Of a stretch of 64,000 nucleotides of DNA, positions 17,806 through 26,609 are shown piece by piece. Every line of letters begins with the position of its first letter. Positions within the stretch are counted from its first letter, which is position 1. A program made the position numbers and the translations under genes. Below the pieces are notes generated by a model. That model saw nothing but the letters and a program-made list of their open reading frames with translations. It was not told where the DNA came from and did no database searches. Origin of the DNA: Candidatus Hodarchaeota archaeon (GTDB lineage Archaea > Asgardarchaeota > Lokiarchaeia > Sigyniarchaeales > SOKP01); contig JBHLJY010000005.1 in the NCBI GenBank assembly GCA_048887225.1, positions 32,001 through 96,000 of the forward strand, in the 5' to 3' direction.

Positions 17806-20028
17806 TTATCTATACATTTCTTCTGGTTCTTTAGCATATCTGTCTTGAGCTACTTTAGCACGATCTGCTGATTTTAATACTTTTTCCATAGATTCATCGA
17901 ATTCTTTGTTTGAAATTTTTACCTTCTTCACTGATTCTGAATCTTTTGTATTAATACTAGAATCGGCTAGAGCTTTACGGATTGTTAACAATGTTGCTTC
18001 TTCGCAAATTCCTTGAATATCAGCCCCAGTGTATCCTTCTAAACTTTCAACCATTTTGTCAATATCAACATCTTTAGCTAGGGGTTTATTTTTAAGATGA
18101 ATATCAAATATTTCTTTGCGTGCTTTTTTATCTGGTAGTGGTATTTCAATATGTCTACCGAATCTTCCAGAACGCAACATTGCTGGATCTAGCATATCTG
18201 GTCTATTGGTCGCAGCCAATAAAATCACACCTTTTAATCCTTCTAGTCCGTCCATTTCAGTTAGTAATTGTGATATAACTGATTCAGTTACGTGAGATCC
18301 AGCATATCTTCCCCGTAATCCTGCTATAGCATCAATTTCATCGAAAAAAATAATACAGGGCGCTGCCGACCTTGCTTTTCGAAAAGTCTCTCTAACTGCT
18401 TTTTCACTTTCGCCAACCCATTTGGATAAAAATTCGGGACCTTTTACTGATATAAAATTCACTTCGCTCTCGTGAGCTAATGCTCTTGCTAATAATGTTT
18501 TCCCGGTTCCAGGAGGACCAAATAATAAAATTCCATTTGGAGGTTTTGAATTCAAATGACTATATAATTCAGGATACTTTAAAGGCCACTCTATTACTTC
18601 TTTTAATTGTAATATTGCATCTTCTAAACCACCAACATCCTCCCAAGTTTCGGTAGGCTGTGTTATTAAAACTTCCCTTAATGCCGAAGGTTCAATACTG
18701 TTTAAGGCATGTTCAAAGTTGGTCATTTTAATTTGAAGATTGCTTAACACTTCTGGAGGAATGGGTTTATCTAAATCAATTTTTGGCAGGATTTCCCTTA
18801 TTGCTAACATTGCCGCTTCTTTTGCTAATGCTTCAACATCTGCTCCAACAAATCCGTGAGTCTTTTCAGCCATAAATCGTAAATCAACGTCTTTATATAA
18901 TGGCATTCCACGCGTGTGAATTAATAATATTTCATATCGTCCATCAGTGTCGGGAACTCCAATTTCAATTTCACGATCAAAACGTCCAGGTCTTCTAAGT
19001 GCCGGATCGATGTCATTAACTCTGTTAGTTGCGCCAATTACAATTGTTTCGCCTCTCCCCTCTAAACCATCTAATAACGATAGAAGTTGAGCAACAACTC
19101 TCCTTTCTACTTCTCCTGTTACTTCACCCCTCTTAGGGGCTATTGAATCTAATTCATCGATGAAAATTATTGAAGGCGCATTGTCTTTTGCATCGTCGAA
19201 AATTTTACGGAGGTTTTCTTCACTTTGTCCATAGAATTTGCTCATAATTTCAGGTCCACTAATCGTTATAAAATGAGCATCAGTCTCATAAGCTACCGCT
19301 CTTGCTAACAATGTTTTCCCAGTGCCAGGAGGTCCATGAAGTAATACACCTTTAGGAGGATCTATTCCAATTCTTTTAAATAATTCTGGATGTCTTATCG
19401 GTAATTCAATCATTTCACGGATCTTCTGAATTTCTTCTTCTAAACCGCCGATATCTTCATATGTAACTCTTGCTCTCTCTAATTCTATAAGCTCTCTGTG
19501 ACTTTTTTCGCTAAAAACAATCTTACTATCTAAATGGATTCTAACAGCATCAGATTTAGGGCTATAATCTATAACCACGAGATCTACTCTGCGGCCGTAA
19601 GCGTAAAAGCTTAAGATATCATCTTTTGTAATTACTCGATTCTCTAATTTTCTCGCTAATTGCTGAGAATTTTTTAGTATTATCGCTTCTTTTAAACCAG
19701 CAAAGGTTATTTTATCTGCTAAGGCAGCTTCTATTTTACGAATTTCTACTATATCGTCTAAAGAAGCCCCTAAATTTCTTCTTAAAGATTGGTCGATCCG
19801 AATTATCCCAGTTTCTTTGTCTTCCGTTCTTCCAGGCCACAGTAATGCCGCAGTTTTTAAATTTGTTGTAGGATGTGCTATTTCTATTACATCACCAGTT
19901 TTCAGATTTAATTCTGAAGTTAAATCAGGATCTATTCTTACAATACCCCTGCCGGCATCTTCCTTAAAAGCATCCTTTACTCTTAACTTGTTTCCTTTTC
20001 CTTCATATCCACTTGTAAAACCACTCAT
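17806..20028 (-). CDS. cdc48: CDC48/VAT AAA+ ATPase
   Basis: N domain plus two AAA modules (GPPGTGKT x2, [20 protein letters not shown]); C-terminal MYR HbYX-like tail. Confidence 0.97.
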   Translation of the reverse strand: MSGFTSGYEGKGNKLRVKDAFKEDAGRGIVRIDPDLTSELNLKTGDVIEIAHPTTNLKTAALLWPGRTEDKETGIIRIDQSLRRNLGASLDDIVEIRKIEAALADKITFAGLKEAIILKNSQQLARKLENRVITKDDILSFYAYGRRVDLVVIDYSPKSDAVRIHLDSKIVFSEKSHRELIELERARVTYEDIGGLEEEIQKIREMIELPIRHPELFKRIGIDPPKGVLLHGPPGTGKTLLARAVAYETDAHFITISGPEIMSKFYGQSEENLRKIFDDAKDNAPSIIFIDELDSIAPKRGEVTGEVERRVVAQLLSLLDGLEGRGETIVIGATNRVNDIDPALRRPGRFDREIEIGVPDTDGRYEILLIHTRGMPLYKDVDLRFMAEKTHGFVGADVEALAKEAAMLAIREILPKIDLDKPIPPEVLSNLQIKMTNFEHALNSIEPSALREVLITQPTETWEDVGGLEDAILQLKEVIEWPLKYPELYSHLNSKPPNGILLFGPPGTGKTLLARALAHESEVNFISVKGPEFLSKWVGESEKAVRETFRKARSAAPCIIFFDEIDAIAGLRGRYAGSHVTESVISQLLTEMDGLEGLKGVILLAATNRPDMLDPAMLRSGRFGRHIEIPLPDKKARKEIFDIHLKNKPLAKDVDIDKMVESLEGYTGADIQGICEEATLLTIRKALADSSINTKDSESVKKVKISNKEFDESMEKVLKSADRAKVAQDRYAKEPEEMYR

Positions 20029-20102
20029 CTTCTTGCTAAAATCTAAATTTTTTTTTCAATTATTGTAATAATTTTTAATAATTAAGATTTAATTCTGATT
20101 TT

Positions 20103-20702
20103 TTATTGTCTTTGAAATTTTAAGGTTGCAATTCCATTATTTACTTCTAAACTATAATCTTCCATAGAAGTATTGAGAGGTAAATAAATATGTTTGAGAT
20201 AATGGCGAAATTTATTTCGAGCAGAAAATGTTATTTTTCTCTCATCATTATTAAAGCTTAAAATAACATCATCTTTTTGTATTCCTGGAACCTCCAAAAT
20301 AATTTCAGTAGAATCGTGAAAACTGTTAATTTCTGTGTGAGGTTCTATAACATGCGTTTTTTCTTTGTTTTTATTTGGTTCCAAAGAGAGCTCCTTTGCA
20401 TCAATTACTCCCTTAGATTTTAAATCAAATATCTTCTTATATCGAGAATCTGATTCTATATTGTGCTTTTTTAAATATTCAAGAAGCTTTTTTTCATCAA
20501 TATCTCCTTCAATTTTTATTTCTGGTTCATTCATTCCTGATTCGAAATGATACGAAATTTTAAATCCACTTGTATTTTTTTTATTAAAATCTAAATCTTT
20601 ATCTAATTCTGGAAAAATGAAGAAGTCCGCATCAAATAAGTTTGAATTAAATTTGAAAAATTTTCTTATCTCATCAAAAACATCATTAAAATCTTCCGAC
20701 AC
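20103..20702 (-). CDS. Small heat-shock protein (Hsp20)
   Basis: EPHTE..LEVPGIQKDDV..VNNGIATL alpha-crystallin domain; GTG at 20702 after the GGTGA SD preferred (the tracked GTG 20711 is part of the SD). Confidence 0.85.
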   Translation of the reverse strand: MSEDFNDVFDEIRKFFKFNSNLFDADFFIFPELDKDLDFNKKNTSGFKISYHFESGMNEPEIKIEGDIDEKKLLEYLKKHNIESDSRYKKIFDLKSKGVIDAKELSLEPNKNKEKTHVIEPHTEINSFHDSTEIILEVPGIQKDDVILSFNNDERKITFSARNKFRHYLKHIYLPLNTSMEDYSLEVNNGIATLKFQRQ

Positions 20703-20725
20703 ATTTCTCACCTTTTTTTGTTATT

Positions 20726-20782
20726 TTGTCAACTTTTTCTTTACAATTAAATAATGACATTTCAAATATTAAAATTTATCGG
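20726..20782 (-). promoter_or_regulatory. hsp20 operon promoter (CCGA/BRE, TATA) with a downstream inverted repeat TTGTCAA-N7-TTTACAA
   Basis: Minus strand reads CCGATAAATTTTAATA...TTGTAAA-gaaaaag-TTGACAA...GGTGA-GTG. Confidence 0.5.
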
Positions 20783-20850
20783 TAATATAAAGAAAAAAAA
20801 TGAAACTAATTTCGATAAAATAAAAACAAAAAAGAACTGGCGAATATTTC

Positions 20851-21909
20851 TTATATTTCTTTTTTAACCTTCTCTATGACTTTATAAGTTCGATTGAGTA
20901 ACTCATAAGCTATTTGAGGAAGCTGCCATCCTCCTAGCCCACAATCAGGACCTATATATTTCAATCGATCGTCATATATTTCCATTGCAGTTAATAAATT
21001 TTTCTTAATTTTTTCTTTAGAATCAATCAAGTTTAATTTGCCAGATAGAGTGTTTATTTCATCCATAGAAATTCCTGAATCTAGTTTCTCAGCAATTATA
21101 TTATCAATATTGGTTCTTGTGATACCTACTCGTATAAATTTATCGTATTGTTCTAAATCTTTTTTTGGAATTTTGTTGGTCGGATCAGATGCGTATTCAC
21201 AAGTTAAAACATCAAAGTTTTTCGTTTGCATAGCGAGAGTTGCTTTATTTAAAGTATGGAGGTGAATTTGATTCGTGGCGTTAATTCCCTCTATTGATTT
21301 GTCAAAGATTTGGATAATTTCATCGTTGTTGACATTAAATATGTCAATATACCCAAATGATGGCTCATCAATGGAAATTATTGAAGTTTCCATATATTTT
21401 TCGTTTACAATTGAATTTTTTATAAATGAATTAACTGATTTAGCGAAATTTAAAGCTAAATCTGAATAAATTGTAAAACCTTGTTGTTTAATATATAACT
21501 CAATGGGCCCTGTTACGCAAATCTTAACTTTTAGAGAATTTCCCGTTTTTTCGTAATATTTTTTTGCATAATTATCGATCACATACATCTCAGGAATATA
21601 CGCTTTTTCTGGATCTATTAAACCAGGCTCTTTTTCGTAATCTGAAAGAGGTATTAAGAATTGATTATACATGTCCATGTGCTGTGGATAATTGACAATT
21701 TCAACCCCCGCTTTCAATTTTAATTGAAATGATTGAAGTATTGGGTGAATAAAGTAATTATTTATTCCGCTATGCTCTAAAATATCTTGGTAATTTTTAT
21801 TTCCAAGTGCCTTATATGTAATCCAATAAAAATGTTTAAACCGATCTAGATCTATATGTTCAGGCAACGGGAAACTACCAATATCGTCAAATATCGGGAA
21901 TTCTTTCAT
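20851..21909 (-). CDS. Core (MetE C-terminal-like) methionine synthase / methylcobamide:homocysteine methyltransferase
   Basis: DIGSFP, TGP, IDEPS, HLH, GPDCGL; single TIM-barrel size (352 aa). Confidence 0.75.
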   Translation of the reverse strand: MKEFPIFDDIGSFPLPEHIDLDRFKHFYWITYKALGNKNYQDILEHSGINNYFIHPILQSFQLKLKAGVEIVNYPQHMDMYNQFLIPLSDYEKEPGLIDPEKAYIPEMYVIDNYAKKYYEKTGNSLKVKICVTGPIELYIKQQGFTIYSDLALNFAKSVNSFIKNSIVNEKYMETSIISIDEPSFGYIDIFNVNNDEIIQIFDKSIEGINATNQIHLHTLNKATLAMQTKNFDVLTCEYASDPTNKIPKKDLEQYDKFIRVGITRTNIDNIIAEKLDSGISMDEINTLSGKLNLIDSKEKIKKNLLTAMEIYDDRLKYIGPDCGLGGWQLPQIAYELLNRTYKVIEKVKKEI

Positions 21910-22066
21910 ACAAATTTCATAATGTTTAATGTTAAAAAAATTTTTATGAAAAAACCTTTAATTATATATAAGAACGAGTACTATAAACGAGTCAATTAAA
22001 CTTTTTTTATAAAAGACTTATTCAAAAATATGATAATTTTTAAAATAATTTTAATCTCTTATAATT

Positions 22067-23125
22067 ATGAAAAAGACTTTAACACCTAAAGAAATCAAGC
22101 AATATAAAAGACGCCAAATTGGCAGATTAGCAATTGCTGCGAAACAAGCCAAGGAAAGTGGAGGGAAACCATTTATTTTTCATTTTCTTACAACTCTAAA
22201 ATGCAATTGTAATTGCGAAAGTTGTTTTTGGAAAGATAATGCTGTTAAAAATGAGTTAACCTTAGACGAAATTAAACGAATTTATTTAGAAGCTAAAGAT
22301 TCTGGGTTTTTACTCTCTATATTATGGGGCGGAGAGCCTACGCTACGTAAAGATATTACAGAAATTATAAAATTTGCGAAAAGAGAGGCGAATTTCGCGT
22401 TTATTGGGATGGTTACAAATGGATATTTACTTCCTAAGAGAATTCACGAGTTTGGAGATGATTTAGATCTGATTTTATTATCTCTTGATTCTCCAAGAAG
22501 AGAAGAGCATGACGAAATTAGGGTTTTACCAGGTCTCTACGATAAAATCATGGAAGCTGTAGATATCATTAAGGATGAGTTTCCTTTTATATCGTTACAG
22601 TTTAGTTTCTCTATTAGCAAGTATAATATTTATCGAGTAGAAGAAATGATTGCCTTAGGTGATAAGTTGGACGTTCCTATAGCTTTCAACGTAATTAATA
22701 TTATGCGCCATTATTCTATAGGTGTTGTTGATGAAAAAGAAGTACTTGCTGCAGGTAGCGATGAAATTAGTAATTCATTTTCAAAAATTTTGGAGGCTAA
22801 AAGAAATGGTTCAAGGATTTTATGTTCAGAAATGTATTTAAAACACTTCATCGGAGGTAAAAAGCCTTATCGATGCCATGCTAAAAAGGTGTTCATGTTT
22901 GTCAACTCTAATGGAGATATTGAAAACTGCCTCCAATTAGACAAACCAATTGCAAACTTAAGAGAAATTTCTGTTAAGGAAGTTCTCGAATTACCACGAT
23001 TTAAAAAATTCATTAAGGATACTGAAAACTGTTGTACTTGCAATTCTCCCACCATGATTGATACAAGTTATATTTGGGAAGATTTTACTCTGTTGTCTAA
23101 AGCGGGAGGAATTTCTTTTGGTTAA
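22067..23125 (+). CDS. Radical SAM protein with a C-terminal SPASM/twitch-like Cys cluster
   Basis: CNCNCESC, GGEP, TNG; C-terminal CHA..GDIENC..CCTC. Confidence 0.9.
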   Translation: MKKTLTPKEIKQYKRRQIGRLAIAAKQAKESGGKPFIFHFLTTLKCNCNCESCFWKDNAVKNELTLDEIKRIYLEAKDSGFLLSILWGGEPTLRKDITEIIKFAKREANFAFIGMVTNGYLLPKRIHEFGDDLDLILLSLDSPRREEHDEIRVLPGLYDKIMEAVDIIKDEFPFISLQFSFSISKYNIYRVEEMIALGDKLDVPIAFNVINIMRHYSIGVVDEKEVLAAGSDEISNSFSKILEAKRNGSRILCSEMYLKHFIGGKKPYRCHAKKVFMFVNSNGDIENCLQLDKPIANLREISVKEVLELPRFKKFIKDTENCCTCNSPTMIDTSYIWEDFTLLSKAGGISFG

Positions 23126-23371
23126 GATTTAATAAGTAAGTAAAAAAGAATGAAAAATATAAAAAAAATAAAAGTAAAGTGCCTAAATCGTCGAATTGAA
23201 GAATTTATTTCATCAAAATTGATAATTTTTTGAAATAAAAAGATTTTAGAAGGTGAATATCCAATTGAGAATTATAAATATTAATAAATTCTAAACAATT
23301 GTTTATCTATATTATTTTAATAGAATTCAATACACAGTATTGTATAACCATAACTTAAAAAATTGAAAAAA

Positions 23372-24499
23372 ATGATGAAAATAGAAAAATTGCCCAAAGA
23401 ATGCGAAGAATACATGACTCCTAAGGAAAGAATCTTAGGTCTAATAATGCGGAAAAAACTGGATAGGATACCGGTTTTTCCATTTGTTTCTGCCGCTGCA
23501 GCACAATTACTTAACCTTAATTATGGAGAATATGCACAAAAGCCGGATTTGTTTTTACGTGCTCAAATTGAAGCTCAAAAATTATTTGGTTATGATGCGA
23601 TTACTGCGATGCCAGATTTATGCGTTGAAGCACAAGGTTTTGGAGCGAAAATAATTTACCCTACTAACAACGCAGCATATCCAGATCCATATCATCCTGT
23701 TATTAAGTCTGCTGAAGAATATAAGAATATTGATAAATTGTTTGATTGGTCTCACGCAGATAGAATGAAAAATCAACTAAAGGTTGTAAGTACTATAAAT
23801 GAACAATTACCCGATATGATGATAGGTGGAATGTCTATAGGTCCACTAGGACTTATTTCTAGATTAAGAAATATTAATGATTTTGTGCGTGATTTTATTC
23901 ATCATCCTGATAAAATTCATGAGGCTGCAGAAAAAGTAACTGATATTCAAATTGAATATATAGAGAAACAAATTGAGGCAGGAGCCAAGACAATAATGCT
24001 ACCAGTTGTTTTAGCTGAGAGAGAACTGATGAGTAAAGAAATGTGGTTAGAATTAGATATGCCTTACCAACAGAGGATTGCTAAATTTATCAAGAGAAAA
24101 AGGGCTCTATATTGTATACATACATGTGGTCGTGGTCCTTATTTCGATCTTTTAATTGAACACCTTAAACCTGTTCTTATCCAGAATGCTTTTTTACCAG
24201 ATGGTGTTAAAACCGAAGAGGAAATGATTGAAAAATACGGTAAAAAGTTAGTATTCTTAGGCTTTCTAAGTGTTGCATTGCTTGCTTGGTCAACTCCGAT
24301 GGAAGTAATAGCAGAATGTAAAAGAGAACTTGAAGTTTTTGGGAAATCTCCCGCAGGATATTTACTTGGAGCATCGTGTGAATATCCTCCATACGCTCCT
24401 TTATACAACGCACTGGCGGTGGTAAAGGCTGCTAGAATGTACGGTGCTAATTTTAAAACTGGAGAAGGACCGAATTACATAGAGGAGGGTGCAACCTAA
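23372..24499 (+). CDS. UroD-fold methyltransferase (MtaA/CmuA/MtsA family)
   Basis: MTPKERI, DRIPVFP, DLCVEAQGFG, HTCG and GASCE Zn-ligand motifs. Confidence 0.85.
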   Translation: MMKIEKLPKECEEYMTPKERILGLIMRKKLDRIPVFPFVSAAAAQLLNLNYGEYAQKPDLFLRAQIEAQKLFGYDAITAMPDLCVEAQGFGAKIIYPTNNAAYPDPYHPVIKSAEEYKNIDKLFDWSHADRMKNQLKVVSTINEQLPDMMIGGMSIGPLGLISRLRNINDFVRDFIHHPDKIHEAAEKVTDIQIEYIEKQIEAGAKTIMLPVVLAERELMSKEMWLELDMPYQQRIAKFIKRKRALYCIHTCGRGPYFDLLIEHLKPVLIQNAFLPDGVKTEEEMIEKYGKKLVFLGFLSVALLAWSTPMEVIAECKRELEVFGKSPAGYLLGASCEYPPYAPLYNALAVVKAARMYGANFKTGEGPNYIEEGAT

Positions 24500-24501
24500 A
24501 A

Positions 24502-25140
24502 ATGTCAAGAGAAGAAATTTTGGAAAAACTAAAGAATAGTGTTATAGATTGCGATGAAGAGATGGCAAAGGAAGCTGCCAAAGAAGCGTTAGAGGCAGGA
24601 ATAGACCCGATGAATGCTTTAAAAAAGGGGCTTTATATAGGTTTGAAAGAAGTTTGCAAGCAATATGAAGAAACTGTCTATATAACAGAAATGATATTTG
24701 CCACAGATACATTTTATGCGGGCGCTAACATATTAAAATCAAGTATAGATCCTGAAAAATTAAAAAAACATAGAAAAGGTATTGCTGTAATTGGTGTTGT
24801 TGAAGGAGATATTCACGATCTTGGTAAAAATATGGTAAAGTATCTAATGGAAGCAGAAGGTTTTGAAATTCATGATTTAGGATTTGACGTAAAAGCAGAG
24901 AGATTTATAGAAGAGGCAGAAAGATATAATGCAGATCTGATTTTAATCTCATTGATGTTAAGTTCAATGTATCCACAAATAAGTAAAATCGTCGAATTAG
25001 CAAAAGAAAAAGGTTTGAAAGCAAAAATAATGGCTGGTGGAGGACCAGTTTCAGAGGGAATCGCTCAAAAATATGGCGCAGACGGATGGGCTCTGACTGG
25101 CCCCTTAGCTGTTGAAAAAGCTTTAGACTTACTTAAATAG
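24502..25140 (+). CDS. Corrinoid (B12-binding) methyl-carrier protein, MtaC/MtbC-like
   Basis: EGDIHDLGKN (DxHxxG), SLML, GGGPVS, GADGW; 2 bp after the methyltransferase. Confidence 0.93.
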   Translation: MSREEILEKLKNSVIDCDEEMAKEAAKEALEAGIDPMNALKKGLYIGLKEVCKQYEETVYITEMIFATDTFYAGANILKSSIDPEKLKKHRKGIAVIGVVEGDIHDLGKNMVKYLMEAEGFEIHDLGFDVKAERFIEEAERYNADLILISLMLSSMYPQISKIVELAKEKGLKAKIMAGGGPVSEGIAQKYGADGWALTGPLAVEKALDLLK

Positions 25141-25181
25141 ATTTAACTTTATAGATTTTTTAATATTATTTTTATAATAAA

Positions 25182-26609
25182 ATGCTTATAACACCCACTA
25201 AAATTTATGAAGATTTTAGGAATAATATTTTAGATAAACATTCCGCTGTTGATATTTTAATCTCATTAATAGAAAATAGTAAAAATAATATCATAAGAAC
25301 TGAAAGCATTGGAATTATTGATGAAATTGGATATAGACACGATAAAATCTTTAAACTTTTTGAAAACTTATTAATATCAGATTCGAATAAAGGAGTTAGA
25401 ATTGCTGCTGCTAATGCAATTTATAAAAATTTTTTAGGTAAAGCATTAAGTCCAATGATGTGGACAATTCTTAATGAAACATCATTAGAATGTTTAAATA
25501 TAGTTAAAAATTCTTTAACCAATATAATAAAAACATTGTTAGAAAGAGATGATAGCTTCTCTAAAGCAATCCTAATTAAAGAAATAAAGAAGATATCTAA
25601 TCAAAAATTTAACGATAACTTATACGATCTGATTAATGACGGGCAAATTAAAGAATTTTCAAGCAAAGAATTAGCTCAAGTGTTAATTGATTACATTACA
25701 ATTTCATTTTTAAAAAAACAATTCCAAAGATTAAATTTTGAGTTAGAAAATGGAATAGTTAAAAAATTAGATTTAAGATTTAGATATTATAACAAATCCT
25801 CAGAGTTAATATCACCTTCTTCTCCTTTAATAATTCCGATTATAAAAACCAATGAATTAGATACTCAAGCAGGATCAATTATTCCTCTTTCTTCTTGTAA
25901 AGAACTACATTTAAGTTATAATTCTTTAAAAGAATTTCCTAATTGGATAAAATCCCTTTCTTCTCTTGAATCTATATTTTTACATGGAAATAGATTAACT
26001 GAACTTCCAGATTGGATTGGTTCTCTCAGTTCACTTAAAAAAATAGGATTATCTGGAAATAATTTATCATCGCTCCCTAAATCTTTATTAGATCTTAGCT
26101 CACTTAGATATTTGGGGGTGAGTGATAATCATCTTAAATATGTACCCGAATGGTTAGGATCGCTTACTTCGCTTGAAAGATTATGGTTAGATAATAATCA
26201 TATTTTATCTCTTCCTGAGTCGCTTAAATCGCTTTCTTCGCTTAAATCTCTCTATTTAGGAAATAATAATTTAAAGATCCTTCCTGAAATTTTTGAGTCA
26301 TTTAATTCTCTTAAGGCTCTATGGCTGGAAGGGAATAAGATAGAAAAACTCCCTGAATCAATAGGTTCTCTTTCTTCCCTTGAATATCTGTATTTAAATG
26401 ATAATAAGATAAATGTCCTTCCAAAGTCAATAAGTAAGCTTTCTTCGTTGAAATTTTTACATCTTAATAATAATATGCTGATGAAAATTCCAGAATCGTT
26501 AGAACATCTCTCCTCTCTTAAAGAGATATGGTTAAAAGGTAATAATTTAAAGGAAATTCCTGATTCTGTAAAAGAATTGAAAGAAAGGGGGATTTCAGTT
26601 TATATATAA
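25182..26609 (+). CDS. Leucine-rich repeat protein with a HEAT-like N-terminus
   Basis: About ten 23-aa repeats LxxLxLxxNxLxxLPxxI/L; VRIAAANA HEAT-like segment. Confidence 0.9.
   Translation: MLITPTKIYEDFRNNILDKHSAVDILISLIENSKNNIIRTESIGIIDEIGYRHDKIFKLFENLLISDSNKGVRIAAANAIYKNFLGKALSPMMWTILNETSLECLNIVKNSLTNIIKTLLERDDSFSKAILIKEIKKISNQKFNDNLYDLINDGQIKEFSSKELAQVLIDYITISFLKKQFQRLNFELENGIVKKLDLRFRYYNKSSELISPSSPLIIPIIKTNELDTQAGSIIPLSSCKELHLSYNSLKEFPNWIKSLSSLESIFLHGNRLTELPDWIGSLSSLKKIGLSGNNLSSLPKSLLDLSSLRYLGVSDNHLKYVPEWLGSLTSLERLWLDNNHILSLPESLKSLSSLKSLYLGNNNLKILPEIFESFNSLKALWLEGNKIEKLPESIGSLSSLEYLYLNDNKINVLPKSISKLSSLKFLHLNNNMLMKIPESLEHLSSLKEIWLKGNNLKEIPDSVKELKERGISVYI

Noticed and set aside
25890-26580. 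Periodic ~69-bp nucleotide similarity as CRISPR or a tandem DNA repeat
   Set aside because: Explained by 23-aa LRR coding repeats; no identical repeats with unique spacers
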